Counted from the stretch's first letter, positions 29,505 to 40,380 are shown. The stretch is 64,000 nucleotides of DNA from Oceanispirochaeta sp. (GCA_963663385.2 CAXXXD010000003.1:1536001-1600000); one strand, 5' to 3'. Notes: generated from the letters alone by a model not told the origin. Numbers and translations are program-made.

Positions 29505-30175
29505 TTTCGATTCAAACTCCCGCCATGAAGGTGGTAGCGGAGCCCGCCCCGTTCCGCCAGGTCGGGATCATGGGTAACCAGAATCAGAGTCGTTCCCGCC
29601 TCTTCTGTCAACTGAAACAGGAGATCCTCAACCACACGGGAGTTTTTCTCATCCAGGCTTCCTGTAGGTTCGTCCGCCAGGATCAGGGGAGGCTGATTCA
29701 TCAGAGCCCTGGCAAGGGCAATCCTCTGTCGTTCTCCTCCCGAGAGCTGCCCGGGAAAGTGATCCTTCCGACCGGTCAGACCCACTTTTTCAATCAGTTC
29801 ACCGGCCCGCTCTGTCAGGGCTTTTTTATTCCTTCCCTGTATCCGTCCCGGCATCATGATATTTTCCAGTGCCGTAAAATCCTTTAAAAGGTAGTGAAAC
29901 TGAAAGATAAAACCGGTTTTTTCATTCCTGTACCGGGACAGAACGGTCTCATTCATTCCGGTAATAACCTGATCACAGGCTGTGATTTCCCCCTCATCCG
30001 GAGCATCCAGGCCTCCTATCAGATTCAGGAGGGTACTTTTACCGCTGCCGCTCTCCCCCGTAATGACAAGACTTGATCCCCGGGGAACCGAGAAGTCAAC
30101 ACTATCCAGTATAAGAAGGGTATCGTCCCCCGACTGGTAGGTTTTAGTTACATTCCGTAATGAGAGAATACTCAT
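29501..30175 (-). CDS. lolD: LolD-like ABC ATP-binding protein
   Basis: GESGSGKSTLL, GFIFQFHYLL, LSGGERQR, ADEPTGSLD; lies between two LolC/E genes. Confidence 0.88.
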   Translation of the reverse strand: MSILSLRNVTKTYQSGDDTLLILDSVDFSVPRGSSLVITGESGSGKSTLLNLIGGLDAPDEGEITACDQVITGMNETVLSRYRNEKTGFIFQFHYLLKDFTALENIMMPGRIQGRNKKALTERAGELIEKVGLTGRKDHFPGQLSGGERQRIALARALMNQPPLILADEPTGSLDEKNSRVVEDLLFQLTEEAGTTLILVTHDPDLAERGGLRYHLHGGSLNRK

Positions 30176-30190
30176 AGCTCCCTATTCCTC

Positions 30191-31456
30191 CTATTCGCTT
30201 TGAAACACTTCTGCGGGCTTGATATTTGAATAGGTTCTGACTGAACCGTAGGCTGCAGCCAGAACGGAGACCAGTGCCGCCCCATTAATAATGATCAGAT
30301 CCTGTGCCATTATCTCTACAGGAATATCCGTAAAGTAGAAAAGGGAAGCCCCGGAGGAGGAACCTATCCCGATCTGATAGAGAAACAGACGCATATTCTG
30401 AACAAATGTTACAAAAGCATCCATAATGGCATTGATATTCAGAGAGATCAGAACGCCAGCCGCGGTTCCCAGAAAACAGCCGCTTAAACCGATTATCCCC
30501 CCCTGAAGAAGAAAAATCCTGCGGACGCCGGATGGGGTTCCGCCGATAGCCTTCAGCAGGGCCATTTCCTCCAGCCGTTCCCTGACACTCCGTTTCATGG
30601 AGTGATAGATATTGACGGCTACCACAATAAAAATGAGCCCGACAATCAGCAGCATAAATGTTTTTTCTATTTTGAGAGCATTGAAGAAAGCACTGTTATA
30701 GGTCCGCCAGGACACGATTTTATCCTTTCCTTCCGGAAGAAGATTTCCCAATGAACGGATAGAACCTGTATCCCGGAAATGTCTCTTCAGTTTAATCCCG
30801 TAAACCAGATTTGGATTATTCTCACCCTGTCCGGAAAGATGAAGAGAGGTGAACGCCATATTCCGGTCATATTCATAGTATCCTGTTCGGAAAACACCGC
30901 TTACCCGGAATTCACGGTTTGAAAGGGCAGCCTTACCCTGCTGAACCCTCATAAAGGCAAGAGTAACCGTATCACCCACAATCGCATTAACTTCCCGGGC
31001 CAGATCCGCACCCAACAATATCTGGCCGGGCTGAGAAAAAAGAAAAGATCCTTTTACAATCTGAAACTGCTCCAGAAAGCCCTTATCTTCCAGAGCGGCA
31101 GTTTCATCAATATACCGGATCTGTATACCCGAGGTATAACCGCTGTCGGAAGTGAGAATGGCCTGATAATCCGCAAAGGGAACAACAGCCTTGATATTGG
31201 GAGTTTCAGCGGTGATTTCCCGGAATTCCTCAAAAGATATACCTGGATCATTATACCGGATATGATAAGAGTAGATCTCGTTAATACTTGTAATAAACCC
31301 CTGCTGGAAACCGTTCATAACTGTAAGAACAGTAATAAGAGTCAGGATTCCGATTATAAGCCCCAACACCGCCAGAGCATTGCCCAGATGCCCCTTGCGC
31401 CCGCTATGAGTCAGCAGATACCGCAGGGAAATATGCAGGCTCCAGTTATCTTTCAA
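30191..31456 (-). CDS. LolC/E-family ABC permease
   Basis: VLTVMNGF, GVFRTGYYEYD, ALKIEK, EMALLKAIG, IKPAEVF. Confidence 0.9.
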   Translation of the reverse strand: MKDNWSLHISLRYLLTHSGRKGHLGNALAVLGLIIGILTLITVLTVMNGFQQGFITSINEIYSYHIRYNDPGISFEEFREITAETPNIKAVVPFADYQAILTSDSGYTSGIQIRYIDETAALEDKGFLEQFQIVKGSFLFSQPGQILLGADLAREVNAIVGDTVTLAFMRVQQGKAALSNREFRVSGVFRTGYYEYDRNMAFTSLHLSGQGENNPNLVYGIKLKRHFRDTGSIRSLGNLLPEGKDKIVSWRTYNSAFFNALKIEKTFMLLIVGLIFIVVAVNIYHSMKRSVRERLEEMALLKAIGGTPSGVRRIFLLQGGIIGLSGCFLGTAAGVLISLNINAIMDAFVTFVQNMRLFLYQIGIGSSSGASLFYFTDIPVEIMAQDLIIINGAALVSVLAAAYGSVRTYSNIKPAEVFQSE

Positions 31457-32484
31457 GACTTGTCTCCTTCCTCTTGTTCCCGGTTTATTCTTTTTTCATA
31501 AACAGCCTGATTATTCCGATAAAAAATCTCTTTGTCGTATTCATCCTCATGAATTACTTTTTTAATGAGTACCCCGTTACGGTAATAGCTGCTGACTGAA
31601 GGGTCCGCCGTATCGTCTTCATACTCATAGAGCCATTGAAAACGGTTCTTTCCGGAACGTTCCTGATAACGGAGGAGTTTTTCTCCCTGAAATTCCCGGG
31701 TGATTGACTGCCGGAGGATACCCTGAATAAAGAGATTCTCCATCACAGCCTGTCCCCACTCATCAAAATAACTGATTTTCAGAGAAGAATCGGGGTAGTT
31801 CCAGGTTGTTTCGTTGCTGATCGCTCCGTTTTCTCCGTAAACATACAGGGTCTTTTCTATCTCCGCCCCTTCGGTGTATACAGATCGCAGAGAAACTCTG
31901 CCCTTTTCATAGTTGTAGCGGTATCCTTCAACCCCCTCATCCAGCTGAACCTGATCAATAAATGCTTCCATATAGTTGGAGGAGCGCCAGAGGATTCTGG
32001 TTCTCCCGCCTTTCAGCTCTCTCAGGGAACCTCTGTCATTGTACAGAAAATCAAAGAGGGTCTCTTCCAGACCATCCTTGTTCAGAATCAGCATGCCCAT
32101 CAGAATGCCGTCCCCGCTATATCTGAAAATCCTGTGTTCCAGCAGGTTAGCTCCGGAATCGTACATCTGCTCTGACAGTACAGTGCCGTTCGGGTCATAC
32201 TCGTTGATTTCTCTCAACACATTCTTGTAATAGTAGGTTTCAAGGAGGTTATTACCGGCGTCACCGCTCCTCTGCTCTTCCCAGCGTTTAATTTCCTTCC
32301 CGTTCTGGAAAAGGGTTTTAACACTCCCTCCCGGATCCTCTTCTGTTTTAAGGTACCACTCTTCCTCTCCCGTAACCTTTTCCAATGGTTCCAGGCGGCT
32401 GCCCAGCCCATCGGAAAGGTAAAAGCTATCGGAATACAGGGAAACCCCTGCTAATAGGAACAGGACAAAAGGGAGGCGGCCCAT
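31453..32484 (-). CDS. Exported hypothetical protein with YD/MORN-like beta-repeat character
   Basis: Signal peptide; repeated Y-x-x-x-G segments (EYDPNG, YSGDG, YNDRG, YGENG); tight operon spacing. Confidence 0.7.
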   Translation of the reverse strand: MGRLPFVLFLLAGVSLYSDSFYLSDGLGSRLEPLEKVTGEEEWYLKTEEDPGGSVKTLFQNGKEIKRWEEQRSGDAGNNLLETYYYKNVLREINEYDPNGTVLSEQMYDSGANLLEHRIFRYSGDGILMGMLILNKDGLEETLFDFLYNDRGSLRELKGGRTRILWRSSNYMEAFIDQVQLDEGVEGYRYNYEKGRVSLRSVYTEGAEIEKTLYVYGENGAISNETTWNYPDSSLKISYFDEWGQAVMENLFIQGILRQSITREFQGEKLLRYQERSGKNRFQWLYEYEDDTADPSVSSYYRNGVLIKKVIHEDEYDKEIFYRNNQAVYEKRINREQEEGDKS

Positions 32485-32487
32485 TAA

Positions 32488-33411
32488 TCAGATCGCCAGC
32501 AGATCGTCCAGGTACTGTTCGGCATTGAACTCGGACAGATCGTTCAATCCTTCTCCATGCCCTACAAAAGAGACGGGGATTTTCAGTTTTTTATTGATAG
32601 CCACAACCAGGCCCCCCCGGGCAGTTGCATCATACTTGGTTAAAATAACCGCATCCACACCAATGGCTTCATGGAAGATCTCCGCCTGCTGCAGACCGTT
32701 CTGACCTGTTGTGGCATCGATAACAAGAATCTTTTTGTACTCCCCGTCCCCTTTCAGGTTTGAAGAGATTATCTTGTTGATTTTCATCAGTTCGTTCACC
32801 AGGTTCTTCTTGTTATGCATCCTTCCGGCTGTATCCGCCAGAATAAGCTCTTCACCCTGAGAGTGGGCAGATGCAATGGTATCGTAGATAACTGCTCCCG
32901 GATCGGATCCGTGTTTCTGGGCTACAACCCGGAAACCGGTTCTTTCTCCCTGAATCTTAAGCTGATCGATAGCAGCTGCACGGAAAGTATCCCCTGCACT
33001 TAAAACAATTTTGGAAAATCCTTTTTTCTTATAGTACTCTGCCAGTTTGGCTATGGTGGTTGTTTTACCCACACCGTTTACACCGAGAACAAGGAAAAGG
33101 TTCAAGTCATCCCTGGAAGGCATGAGATCTGTCGTAATAAGGTGTTCGGAAACAACCTGTTTCAGTTCGGCCAGTATGGTATTCTTATCTTTCAGTTTAT
33201 CCTTTTTGACCCTGGTCCTCAGTTCATCAACCAGTTCCATTGTAACGACACCGCCCATATCACCTGAAATCAGAACTTCTTCAAGTTCTTCATAGAATTC
33301 TTCCAGATTCCCGCCGGATCTGGAGAAAAGTTCTGCAATCCGGCTGCCCAGGTTACCTTTTCTGGCAGTGGTATTTTCTGTTTTTTTATTATTTTTTTTC
33401 CAATTAAACAT
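32488..33411 (-). CDS. ftsY: Signal recognition particle receptor FtsY (NG domain)
   Basis: GVNGVGKTTTIAK, DTFRAAAIDQL, DTAGR, DATTGQNG, TKYDATARGG. Confidence 0.96.
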   Translation of the reverse strand: MFNWKKNNKKTENTTARKGNLGSRIAELFSRSGGNLEEFYEELEEVLISGDMGGVVTMELVDELRTRVKKDKLKDKNTILAELKQVVSEHLITTDLMPSRDDLNLFLVLGVNGVGKTTTIAKLAEYYKKKGFSKIVLSAGDTFRAAAIDQLKIQGERTGFRVVAQKHGSDPGAVIYDTIASAHSQGEELILADTAGRMHNKKNLVNELMKINKIISSNLKGDGEYKKILVIDATTGQNGLQQAEIFHEAIGVDAVILTKYDATARGGLVVAINKKLKIPVSFVGHGEGLNDLSEFNAEQYLDDLLAI

Positions 33412-33421
33412 GAATTCCTCG

Positions 33422-34900
33422 CTAATCCTCTGTGGATTCTTCAGCAGCTTTTATATAATCCTTCAACTTGAACAGCGTGTTTATCAATAAAGCACCGCTG
33501 ACTGTAACGCCTCCCAGAAAAAAGTTATAGGAAGACTCGGATGCTTTTTGAGCATCCAACGCTTTTTCATAGCTGCTCTGACTGCCTGTTGTATTCCAGT
33601 CCAGTGCGTAATTATAATACATATTGTATTGGTTTTGGTAAATGCCATAGATGATAAGAGGAGCTCCCATTGATAGGCTGAACCAGCCGAGAGAGCGATA
33701 GAATCGGCTTTTGGCATCATCAAACGCCTGCTGCCTGTTATACTTCTCCTTACTCAGTTCGACGGTAATACTGTTTCCGTCAAGCTCCCAGGAGGGAGAA
33801 TGAAAAGATTCATACCCGTCCAGGCTGATTTTTACATCATTTGAAAAGTCCGGGCCGGGGACAGCAAGCGGTGTATACCCCATCCAACTGGATCCGAAAT
33901 AGACATCTGCACCGGGAGGATCGGAGAAAAAGTACATTTTTTCAGATTCCTCTTTCTCCAGCGCTACATCCAGTTCGACACGGCCCATTCCAGGCAGATA
34001 AATCTGCTGACTCCGGGATGTATAACCGTCTTCACTGACTTTAAGAGTGGCATAACCGGGTTGGGCAATTTTCGTCAGGGCATTCCCCACACCTATGACT
34101 TCCCCGTCCAGAGAAACGATACAGCCGGGAGGATCCGTGTGCACCTGCAATTCCGACCAGGTTCGCCCCAGAACTTCTATCCGCATCTCGCCGGCGGCTT
34201 TTCGGATAATGGAATTCAGCTCATCTTCCTGTCCTACACCGGACCAGGAGTAAACAGGATCCTCCTGAACCCGGCTGTAACAGTTAAGCTCCAGAAAAAA
34301 AAGCTCATCCAGTCTTTCCAGTTTTCCCGTCAGAAGTATATCCAGGTTATTCTTCTCCATAAAACGGGTAACCTGCCGGTCCCTGGGACAGCTGTCAAAA
34401 TCCATGTACTCTACAGGAAGAATATCCTCCAGTTCAATAAGATCAGCATCCAGCCGGTACCAGGCTTCCTCTTCCTGCATTTTCTCCCTGATGGATTCGC
34501 TGTAACCATTATAGGTCTCGGTTTTCTGCTCATCACTATTGTCAGAAAAAAGCAGTTCATCTCTCCGGGTATAAAGAGCATCAACGGTGTTTCGGGTTTG
34601 ATTGATCTGGTCATTAATATAGGAGGATTTAAGGAAGTCTTTCTCTTCCAGGGATAGGTTATGTTCAGTTATATCCCGTAGTTCCTCTTTTAATAACTGG
34701 GGCAGGCTATCGCTCAGATATTCAAACCTGTCATCCAGGTTTGAAACGGCCAGCCGGCAAATGCCGGCAACCCAATGATCCTTGTTCACCCTTATGTTGT
34801 CAGGAATCAGAGACCCCTCCCGAGCGTTCAATCCCCGGGTATTGAAAGTTAGAATCGATAAGAAAAAAAAGGTGAACCGGAGGATTGAAATTCTACTCAT
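33422..34900 (-). CDS. PEGA-domain membrane protein
   Basis: Signal-like N-terminus; two PEGA-like units (HTDPPGCIVSLDG; SDPPGADVYFG...GYTP); C-terminal TM segments. Confidence 0.75.
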   Translation of the reverse strand: MSRISILRFTFFFLSILTFNTRGLNAREGSLIPDNIRVNKDHWVAGICRLAVSNLDDRFEYLSDSLPQLLKEELRDITEHNLSLEEKDFLKSSYINDQINQTRNTVDALYTRRDELLFSDNSDEQKTETYNGYSESIREKMQEEEAWYRLDADLIELEDILPVEYMDFDSCPRDRQVTRFMEKNNLDILLTGKLERLDELFFLELNCYSRVQEDPVYSWSGVGQEDELNSIIRKAAGEMRIEVLGRTWSELQVHTDPPGCIVSLDGEVIGVGNALTKIAQPGYATLKVSEDGYTSRSQQIYLPGMGRVELDVALEKEESEKMYFFSDPPGADVYFGSSWMGYTPLAVPGPDFSNDVKISLDGYESFHSPSWELDGNSITVELSKEKYNRQQAFDDAKSRFYRSLGWFSLSMGAPLIIYGIYQNQYNMYYNYALDWNTTGSQSSYEKALDAQKASESSYNFFLGGVTVSGALLINTLFKLKDYIKAAEESTED

Positions 34901-35258
34901 TTCCCCTGCCGGCCCGGTTGATCGCCGAAATGAGTCTCTTTCTCTGAAAAGGTTTAACTATATAATCTACCGCGCCGAGTCTTATGGCCTGTATTATCTT
35001 TTCCTGATCACTTAAGGAGGAGCACATAATGACCCGGCAGTCCGGGTAGGCCTTTTTTAGGCTTTTCAGAGCCTCTACACCGTTCATCCGGGGCATGATA
35101 ATATCCATCAGAACCAGATCGGGTAGAAGGGACTTATAGCGGGAAAGGCATTCAATGCCGTCTCCCGCCTCTCCGATCACGATATGACCGCTTTCGCTAA
35201 CGATATCAGAGATGATTGATCGCATGAATGGCAGGTCATCCACAATCAGGATTCTCAT
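34893..35258 (-). CDS. CheY-like single-domain response regulator
   Basis: ILIVDD, DLVLMDIIMPRMNG, MCSS, DYIVKPF. Confidence 0.92.
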   Translation of the reverse strand: MRILIVDDLPFMRSIISDIVSESGHIVIGEAGDGIECLSRYKSLLPDLVLMDIIMPRMNGVEALKSLKKAYPDCRVIMCSSLSDQEKIIQAIRLGAVDYIVKPFQRKRLISAINRAGRGNE

Positions 35259-36365
35259 CCCTGCGAGTTTCCCGACCAGAGGTACTGCAGATAAGCTTCA
35301 ATAAAAGGATCCAGATCCCCATCCATTACATTCTGGATGTTGCCGGTTTCCCATCTGGTTCTAAGATCCTTAACCATTGTATAGGGATGGAAAACATAGG
35401 AGCGGATCTGGGATCCCCAGCCTATCTCCTTTTTTTCCGCCGCAGAAGCAGCCCTTTCTTCATCCTGCTTCTGTTTATAATACTCATACAAACGGGATTT
35501 CAGCATTTTCATGGCAATTTCACGGTTTTTCAACTGACTTCGCTCATTCTGACACTGAACCACAATATTCGTCTCCAGGTGAGTCATACGGATCGCACTG
35601 CTTGTCTTGTTAACATGCTGACCGCCTGCTCCGGAGGCCCTGTAGGTATCAACACGGATATCCTCGGGTTTGATATCCACCTCGATGGTATCATCAATCA
35701 CAGGTGAAACATATACAGAGGCAAAGGATGTATGCCTTCTGGCATTGGAGTCAAAGGGTGATATTCTTACCAGACGGTGTATACCTCCCTCGCCCTTCAG
35801 ATAACCGTAAGAGTAGTCGCCGTCAACCTGAAAAGAGATGGATTTGATGCCGCCTTCAGCCTCGATCAGATCCATAACTGTTATTTTATATCCTTTCCGC
35901 TCAATCCATCGGTTATACATCCGGTATAGCATACTGGTCCAGTCACAGGCTTCCGTACCGCCGGCACCGGAGTGGATTGTAACAAACGCAGAAAGGACAT
36001 CTGTCTCTTCACTGAGAAGTTCAAGGGAGTTAAGCTGATCAAAAACTTTCCGAACACTGTCCAACTGGCTTTGAATCTCACCTTCAAGGGATTCATCACC
36101 CTCTTCTACGGCCAGTCCAAAGAGTTCCATCAGGTCCTCCATATCAGTAACCAGTTTTTCCCATGGTTCATATTTATTTTTCAGTCTTTTTAACTGTGCC
36201 AGTTTTTTTTCGGCACTTTCGCGATCATTCCAGAAATCGGGATCTCCCGATTCGATTTCCAGTTCACGGGCTGCGCTTTTCAGTTCAGCCGTGTCAAAGT
36301 CGCCTCCAGGTATCCGTAATCTCCCCGTTAAGGGATTTCAACTGAGATGAGATATCACTTAGCAT
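35255..36365 (-). CDS. prfB: Peptide chain release factor 2 with programmed +1 frameshift
   Basis: ATG 36365 gives MLSDISSQLKSLNGEITDTWRRL, then CTT TGA C; the +1 frame continues DTAELKSAA...DPDFWND into the track ORF carrying SPF and GAGGQHVN. Confidence 0.96.
36293..36307 (-). promoter_or_regulatory. RF2 autoregulatory frameshift signal
   Basis: Minus strand GGAGG-CGA-CTT-TGA-C: internal SD-like sequence 3 nt before CTT TGA C. Confidence 0.93.
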
Positions 36366-36654
36366 TTGTGCCTCCGTTATTTTTATCTTTTAAAATATTG
36401 CGTCTCCACCGTTTTTCCGTTAATGAAGTAATAACAAGTTTCCCTTCTATAGGATATTGATAGATTCTGATAGAATCATAAAAATCCGTTGCCCTGTCCA
36501 GATCCAGTTTTAAACGGGACAAATTGTTCTCGTTTATACTCAGGGATTCAAATGTATTTTTTTGAATTTGTTTAAATCCGTAACGGAAGAGCAAGTTCTG
36601 AACAACCTTTTCACTATCTTCGTTCCCAAGATCAATTACAATGGATACAAACAT
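36355..36654 (-). CDS. Orphan Cas2/VapD-like ferredoxin-fold protein
   Basis: 99 aa from ATG 36654: MFVSIVID(8)LG...LLFRYGFKQIQKNTFE...DFYDSIRIY follows the Cas2 pattern (hydrophobic strand ending in Asp8, YG-x-x-x-Q-x-x-x-FE, DSIRIY). No cas1 or array nearby. Confidence 0.7.
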   Translation of the reverse strand: MFVSIVIDLGNEDSEKVVQNLLFRYGFKQIQKNTFESLSINENNLSRLKLDLDRATDFYDSIRIYQYPIEGKLVITSLTEKRWRRNILKDKNNGGTNAK

Positions 36655-36663
36655 GATCATTAT

Positions 36664-36692
36664 ACTCTATTTGCGTCTTGCCAGGCTGTCAA
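36664..36692 (-). promoter_or_regulatory. Putative sigma70 promoter for the cas2-like/prfB operon
   Basis: Minus strand TTGACA (36692-36687), 17 bp, TAGAGT (36669-36664), only 9 nt before ATG 36654. Confidence 0.6.
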
Positions 36693-36699
36693 TACACAA

Positions 36700-38451
36700 T
36701 TAAAACAATGTGACTTCACCGCTGCTTGCGCCCTCTTCTTCCAGAGCAAAAGAACTTGTAATATCGGCCTTTTTCTTGTGAATAAAAATCGTAAACTTAT
36801 CAATAAGATCCTTTATTTCGTTTCCCCGCAGTTTCCACTCCGAATAGGGACTGGCCGCAAGGGCATGATCGAGTTTTTCCTTGTATTGATTCTTCTGGGT
36901 ATCTACAATCCCGGTTACATCGTACAGTTTTTTCATAAGATCCTTCATTGTACGCAGATCTTTTCTTGTCATCTGATAGAATTCATCAAAAGCCTGTCCG
37001 GCTTTCACAATTTCCAGGGTACAGTAGTCTACTTTCTCATGGGAATCCGAAACCCCTTCAAGCCCTTTTCTCAAATCTACTATAAATTGTTCAAGCTGGG
37101 CTGCATCATCCGTAAAATCCTTGAAATAGTCGTTAAATAACCTGTCGGTACTTTTCCTGAAATCACCAATGATGCGTGTAAGAACTTCAACATTCTGTTC
37201 TATCGAGTCTGTACGATTATTAATATTCTCAATAATGAAATTCATATTCTCCAGATGTGGGAGTTTGGCTGCCTCAACCCGACTGGATATGTTGATTGTC
37301 TTGACCCAGTTGATTATCCGCACAAATCCGTTGGATGATTCTTCCAGCTTACCTATCTCCTTTAAAAGATGACTCAGATTCTTTTTAAGAGACTCCCTGC
37401 TGAACCCTTTACGGAATATTTCCGAATTCTGAGAGATGGATTTCTGAAACTCCCGTATCTTCAGAGAATAGGAATCATTCCCTGACTGATTCAGGAAAGT
37501 CTCTCCGGATTTCTGAATGGTCAGCATCATTTCGGACAGATCATCCGATTTTTCCTGAAAGAGTTTATAGGTTTCATCAATTCCCTCTCCGATTTCACTC
37601 AGGATATCTTTACAGAACGAGTAAACCTGGTATTGATATGTCAGATAATCCAGCTCATCCTCTGTACTGACACTGCTTACCTCCAATCCTTTCTGAAACG
37701 AAAGGATTACATGATCAATGGACTGCCTTACAATATCGTGCTTCTGAACCTCCTGAATAATATGGTAAAGGGGGTCTCTGATACCCCCGACTCCTTTCTG
37801 GAGTTCTGATACAAGGATATGGATTTTATCCTTATACTCCTTGATAAGCTTCAGCATATTATTCAGATTTTCAGCGATTATATCCATTGCCTGATTCAAA
37901 TCGGATTTATCACTGTCAATATTGGACAGAAAGGAACGGAATACCCGATCCATATTTTCACCATGGTCTTTCAGTCTGTTACTTAGATAGGCTGAATCCT
38001 TCGATACCGCCTGAAGTTCTTCCGTTATATAGGGAAAAGCACCTCCGTTCTTACCAGCCTTGAGAGCGGTTACCATGGCATTGAGCGAAATCAGTTCCAG
38101 CTCTGCCGAATCATCCTCGATAACCTTGATATGTTCCTCAAAGAGGCTGGATTTTTTGAGTTCAACCTCCAGATTATCAAGAAAGCCGGAATCTTTTTCG
38201 GATAGTTTCGTAAAGATGATACCTTCCGAACTGACAATATTCTGAAGATAGGCAACTGATTCCTCCATGTCATCCAGCCCGCAGAAAGCGTTCTTCTTCT
38301 GCATATCCGAAGTATCTAGTGACCTGAATTTCTCATCCATCAAATCAAGAATCCGGGGATAGTTATCCGCCATCCCCATATAGACATTTCCGAGTTCCGC
38401 AACGATGTATTCCAGATTTTTAACTATTCTGATTTGATTTTCATTATCCAT
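36700..38451 (-). CDS. Soluble divergent methyl-accepting chemotaxis-like coiled-coil protein
   Basis: No TM segment; [22 protein letters not shown] and [12 protein letters not shown] resemble MCP hairpin-tip motifs; ATG 38451 overlaps the cheB stop. Confidence 0.7.
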   Translation of the reverse strand: MDNENQIRIVKNLEYIVAELGNVYMGMADNYPRILDLMDEKFRSLDTSDMQKKNAFCGLDDMEESVAYLQNIVSSEGIIFTKLSEKDSGFLDNLEVELKKSSLFEEHIKVIEDDSAELELISLNAMVTALKAGKNGGAFPYITEELQAVSKDSAYLSNRLKDHGENMDRVFRSFLSNIDSDKSDLNQAMDIIAENLNNMLKLIKEYKDKIHILVSELQKGVGGIRDPLYHIIQEVQKHDIVRQSIDHVILSFQKGLEVSSVSTEDELDYLTYQYQVYSFCKDILSEIGEGIDETYKLFQEKSDDLSEMMLTIQKSGETFLNQSGNDSYSLKIREFQKSISQNSEIFRKGFSRESLKKNLSHLLKEIGKLEESSNGFVRIINWVKTINISSRVEAAKLPHLENMNFIIENINNRTDSIEQNVEVLTRIIGDFRKSTDRLFNDYFKDFTDDAAQLEQFIVDLRKGLEGVSDSHEKVDYCTLEIVKAGQAFDEFYQMTRKDLRTMKDLMKKLYDVTGIVDTQKNQYKEKLDHALAASPYSEWKLRGNEIKDLIDKFTIFIHKKKADITSSFALEEEGASSGEVTLF

Positions 38452-39520
38452 TTGCTGCTTTCCTGACAACTTCCGGAGCAATTTTATTCAGGGGAAGAAC
38501 AGAGTGTACCGCTTGCCTTTTGATTGCTTCATTGGGCATTCCGAAAACAACGCAGCTGGCTTCATCCTGGGCGATATTGAAGGCGCCGGCCTCTCTCATT
38601 TCATCCATGCCCCGTGCTCCGTCATCACCCATTCCGGTCATGATGACTCCAATCGCATTTGGTCCCGCATAGCGGGCGGCCGAACGGAACAGAACATCGA
38701 CCGAAGGTTTATGGCGACAGACAAGGGGGCCTTCCTTGGTTTCAACATAATACCGCGCCCCCTGACGTTTCAGGAGGAGATGGCGGTTTCCGGGGGCAAT
38801 CAATGCCCGGCCACGGTATACTACATCATTGTTCTCCGCTTCCTTTACTTCGACCTGACAGAGACCGTTCAGGCGTTCTGCAAAGGACTTTGTAAAATGT
38901 TCCGGCATATGCTGAACGATGACAATACCCGGCGAATTTACCGGCATGGCTTCCAGAAAGACCCTGAGAGCTTCCGTTCCGCCTGTAGACGCCCCGACAA
39001 CAACAATTTTCTCAGTCGTATCGATAGTCAGGGGCCTATGTGATTTTGCCAGAATGGCATCGGCTGTTAATTTGGGAGGAACAGGGCCGGCGGGAACCTT
39101 TTTTTTAATTTTCGCTTTTGTTGAGGAAGCCGCCCGTATAACATCGCATATACGTATCTTCGATTCCTGCAGAAACTCTTTGGTTCCGACTTTCGGTTTC
39201 TGAATAATTTCCACAGCACCCAACTCAATAGCTGTAATAGCATTCTGACCACCCTTTTCTGTTTTACTGGAACAGATTATGGTAGGGATAGGATTTTCCG
39301 CCATCAGCTTTTTAAGAAAAGTCAGCCCGTCCATCTGGGGCATTTCAATATCCAGGATAATGACATCCGGTTTATTCTTTGCGATTTTTTTTTCACCTAT
39401 AATGGGATTCGGAGCTGTATCAATAACGTCAATGTCTTTCTCTTCTGCAATCAGTTGAGTGAGAGTCTGCCTGACAACAGCGGAATCATCAATAATCATA
39501 ACCTTGATTTGTGTTCCCAT
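38444..39520 (-). CDS. cheB: Chemotaxis response regulator protein-glutamate methylesterase
   Basis: Receiver (IIDDS, LDIEMP) plus [28 protein letters not shown]. Confidence 0.96.
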   Translation of the reverse strand: MGTQIKVMIIDDSAVVRQTLTQLIAEEKDIDVIDTAPNPIIGEKKIAKNKPDVIILDIEMPQMDGLTFLKKLMAENPIPTIICSSKTEKGGQNAITAIELGAVEIIQKPKVGTKEFLQESKIRICDVIRAASSTKAKIKKKVPAGPVPPKLTADAILAKSHRPLTIDTTEKIVVVGASTGGTEALRVFLEAMPVNSPGIVIVQHMPEHFTKSFAERLNGLCQVEVKEAENNDVVYRGRALIAPGNRHLLLKRQGARYYVETKEGPLVCRHKPSVDVLFRSAARYAGPNAIGVIMTGMGDDGARGMDEMREAGAFNIAQDEASCVVFGMPNEAIKRQAVHSVLPLNKIAPEVVRKAANG

Positions 39521-39531
39521 AAAATGCTCCT

Positions 39532-40380
39532 CTATGAAATTGATTTCTGATAGATTGTAGGTGCGACAGATAAATAGGGTAAATTTAAACCTGTGATGGT
39601 TTCCGAATGCCCCAGAAACAGATATCCTCCGGGATGCAAGTGATTATACAGCTGCATCAGGATTTTTTTCTGTTTCTCCTGGGGAAAGTAGATCAGTACA
39701 TTCCGGCAGAATATGACATGAAATTTCTTATTGATCCGGTAATCATTATCCATTAAATTAAGCTGACGGAACTGCATATTTTCCTGCAGAAAAGGTTTTA
39801 CCTTAACCTGTTCGCTGTTCTTATCTTTGCTTCGTAAAAAAAATTTCTTTTTTTGAGCAAGAGGAATATTCTCTATCCGGGACTCATGGTAGATTCCCCG
39901 CCGCGCTTTCTGCAGAACTTCCTGGGAGATATCAGTTCCAAAAAGGGTAAAATGCAGCTGAGGATGTTCGAAACGGATCTGATGAAGCACCATGGAAAGG
40001 GTGTAAACTTCCTCTCCAGTGGAACTGGCCGATGACCATATATCCAGGTGTACAGGCTGATTCGTCTGAAGAAGCGGGAGAACAACATTGTTTTCCAGAT
40101 AGATAAAGTGATCCGGTTCCCTGAAAAAATCCGTTTTATTCGTGGTAACCACATCAATCATAAAGGGCAGCTCGTTTTTCATCCCCTTTTCACTGAACAG
40201 GAAATCACAGTAATCACTATATGAATTAATTGAAAGGGTCCTCAATCGTTTATGTAACCGGGATTCCAGCATAACCTTTTTTATTTCAGGCATCCGGATT
40301 CCCAGCTCATCTTCAATGAACTTGCTTAAACGCTTGAAATCCTTCTGCTTCAGTTCCGGTCTGTCATAACCTTCTGTCAT
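39532..40380 (-). CDS. cheR: Chemotaxis methyltransferase
   Basis: [44 protein letters not shown]. Confidence 0.96.
   Translation of the reverse strand: MTEGYDRPELKQKDFKRLSKFIEDELGIRMPEIKKVMLESRLHKRLRTLSINSYSDYCDFLFSEKGMKNELPFMIDVVTTNKTDFFREPDHFIYLENNVVLPLLQTNQPVHLDIWSSASSTGEEVYTLSMVLHQIRFEHPQLHFTLFGTDISQEVLQKARRGIYHESRIENIPLAQKKKFFLRSKDKNSEQVKVKPFLQENMQFRQLNLMDNDYRINKKFHVIFCRNVLIYFPQEKQKKILMQLYNHLHPGGYLFLGHSETITGLNLPYLSVAPTIYQKSIS

Noticed and set aside
36293..36299. In-frame TGA in prfB as a pseudogene, sequencing error or selenocysteine codon
   Set aside because: Matches the canonical RF2 frameshift signal exactly; the +1 frame restores the protein.
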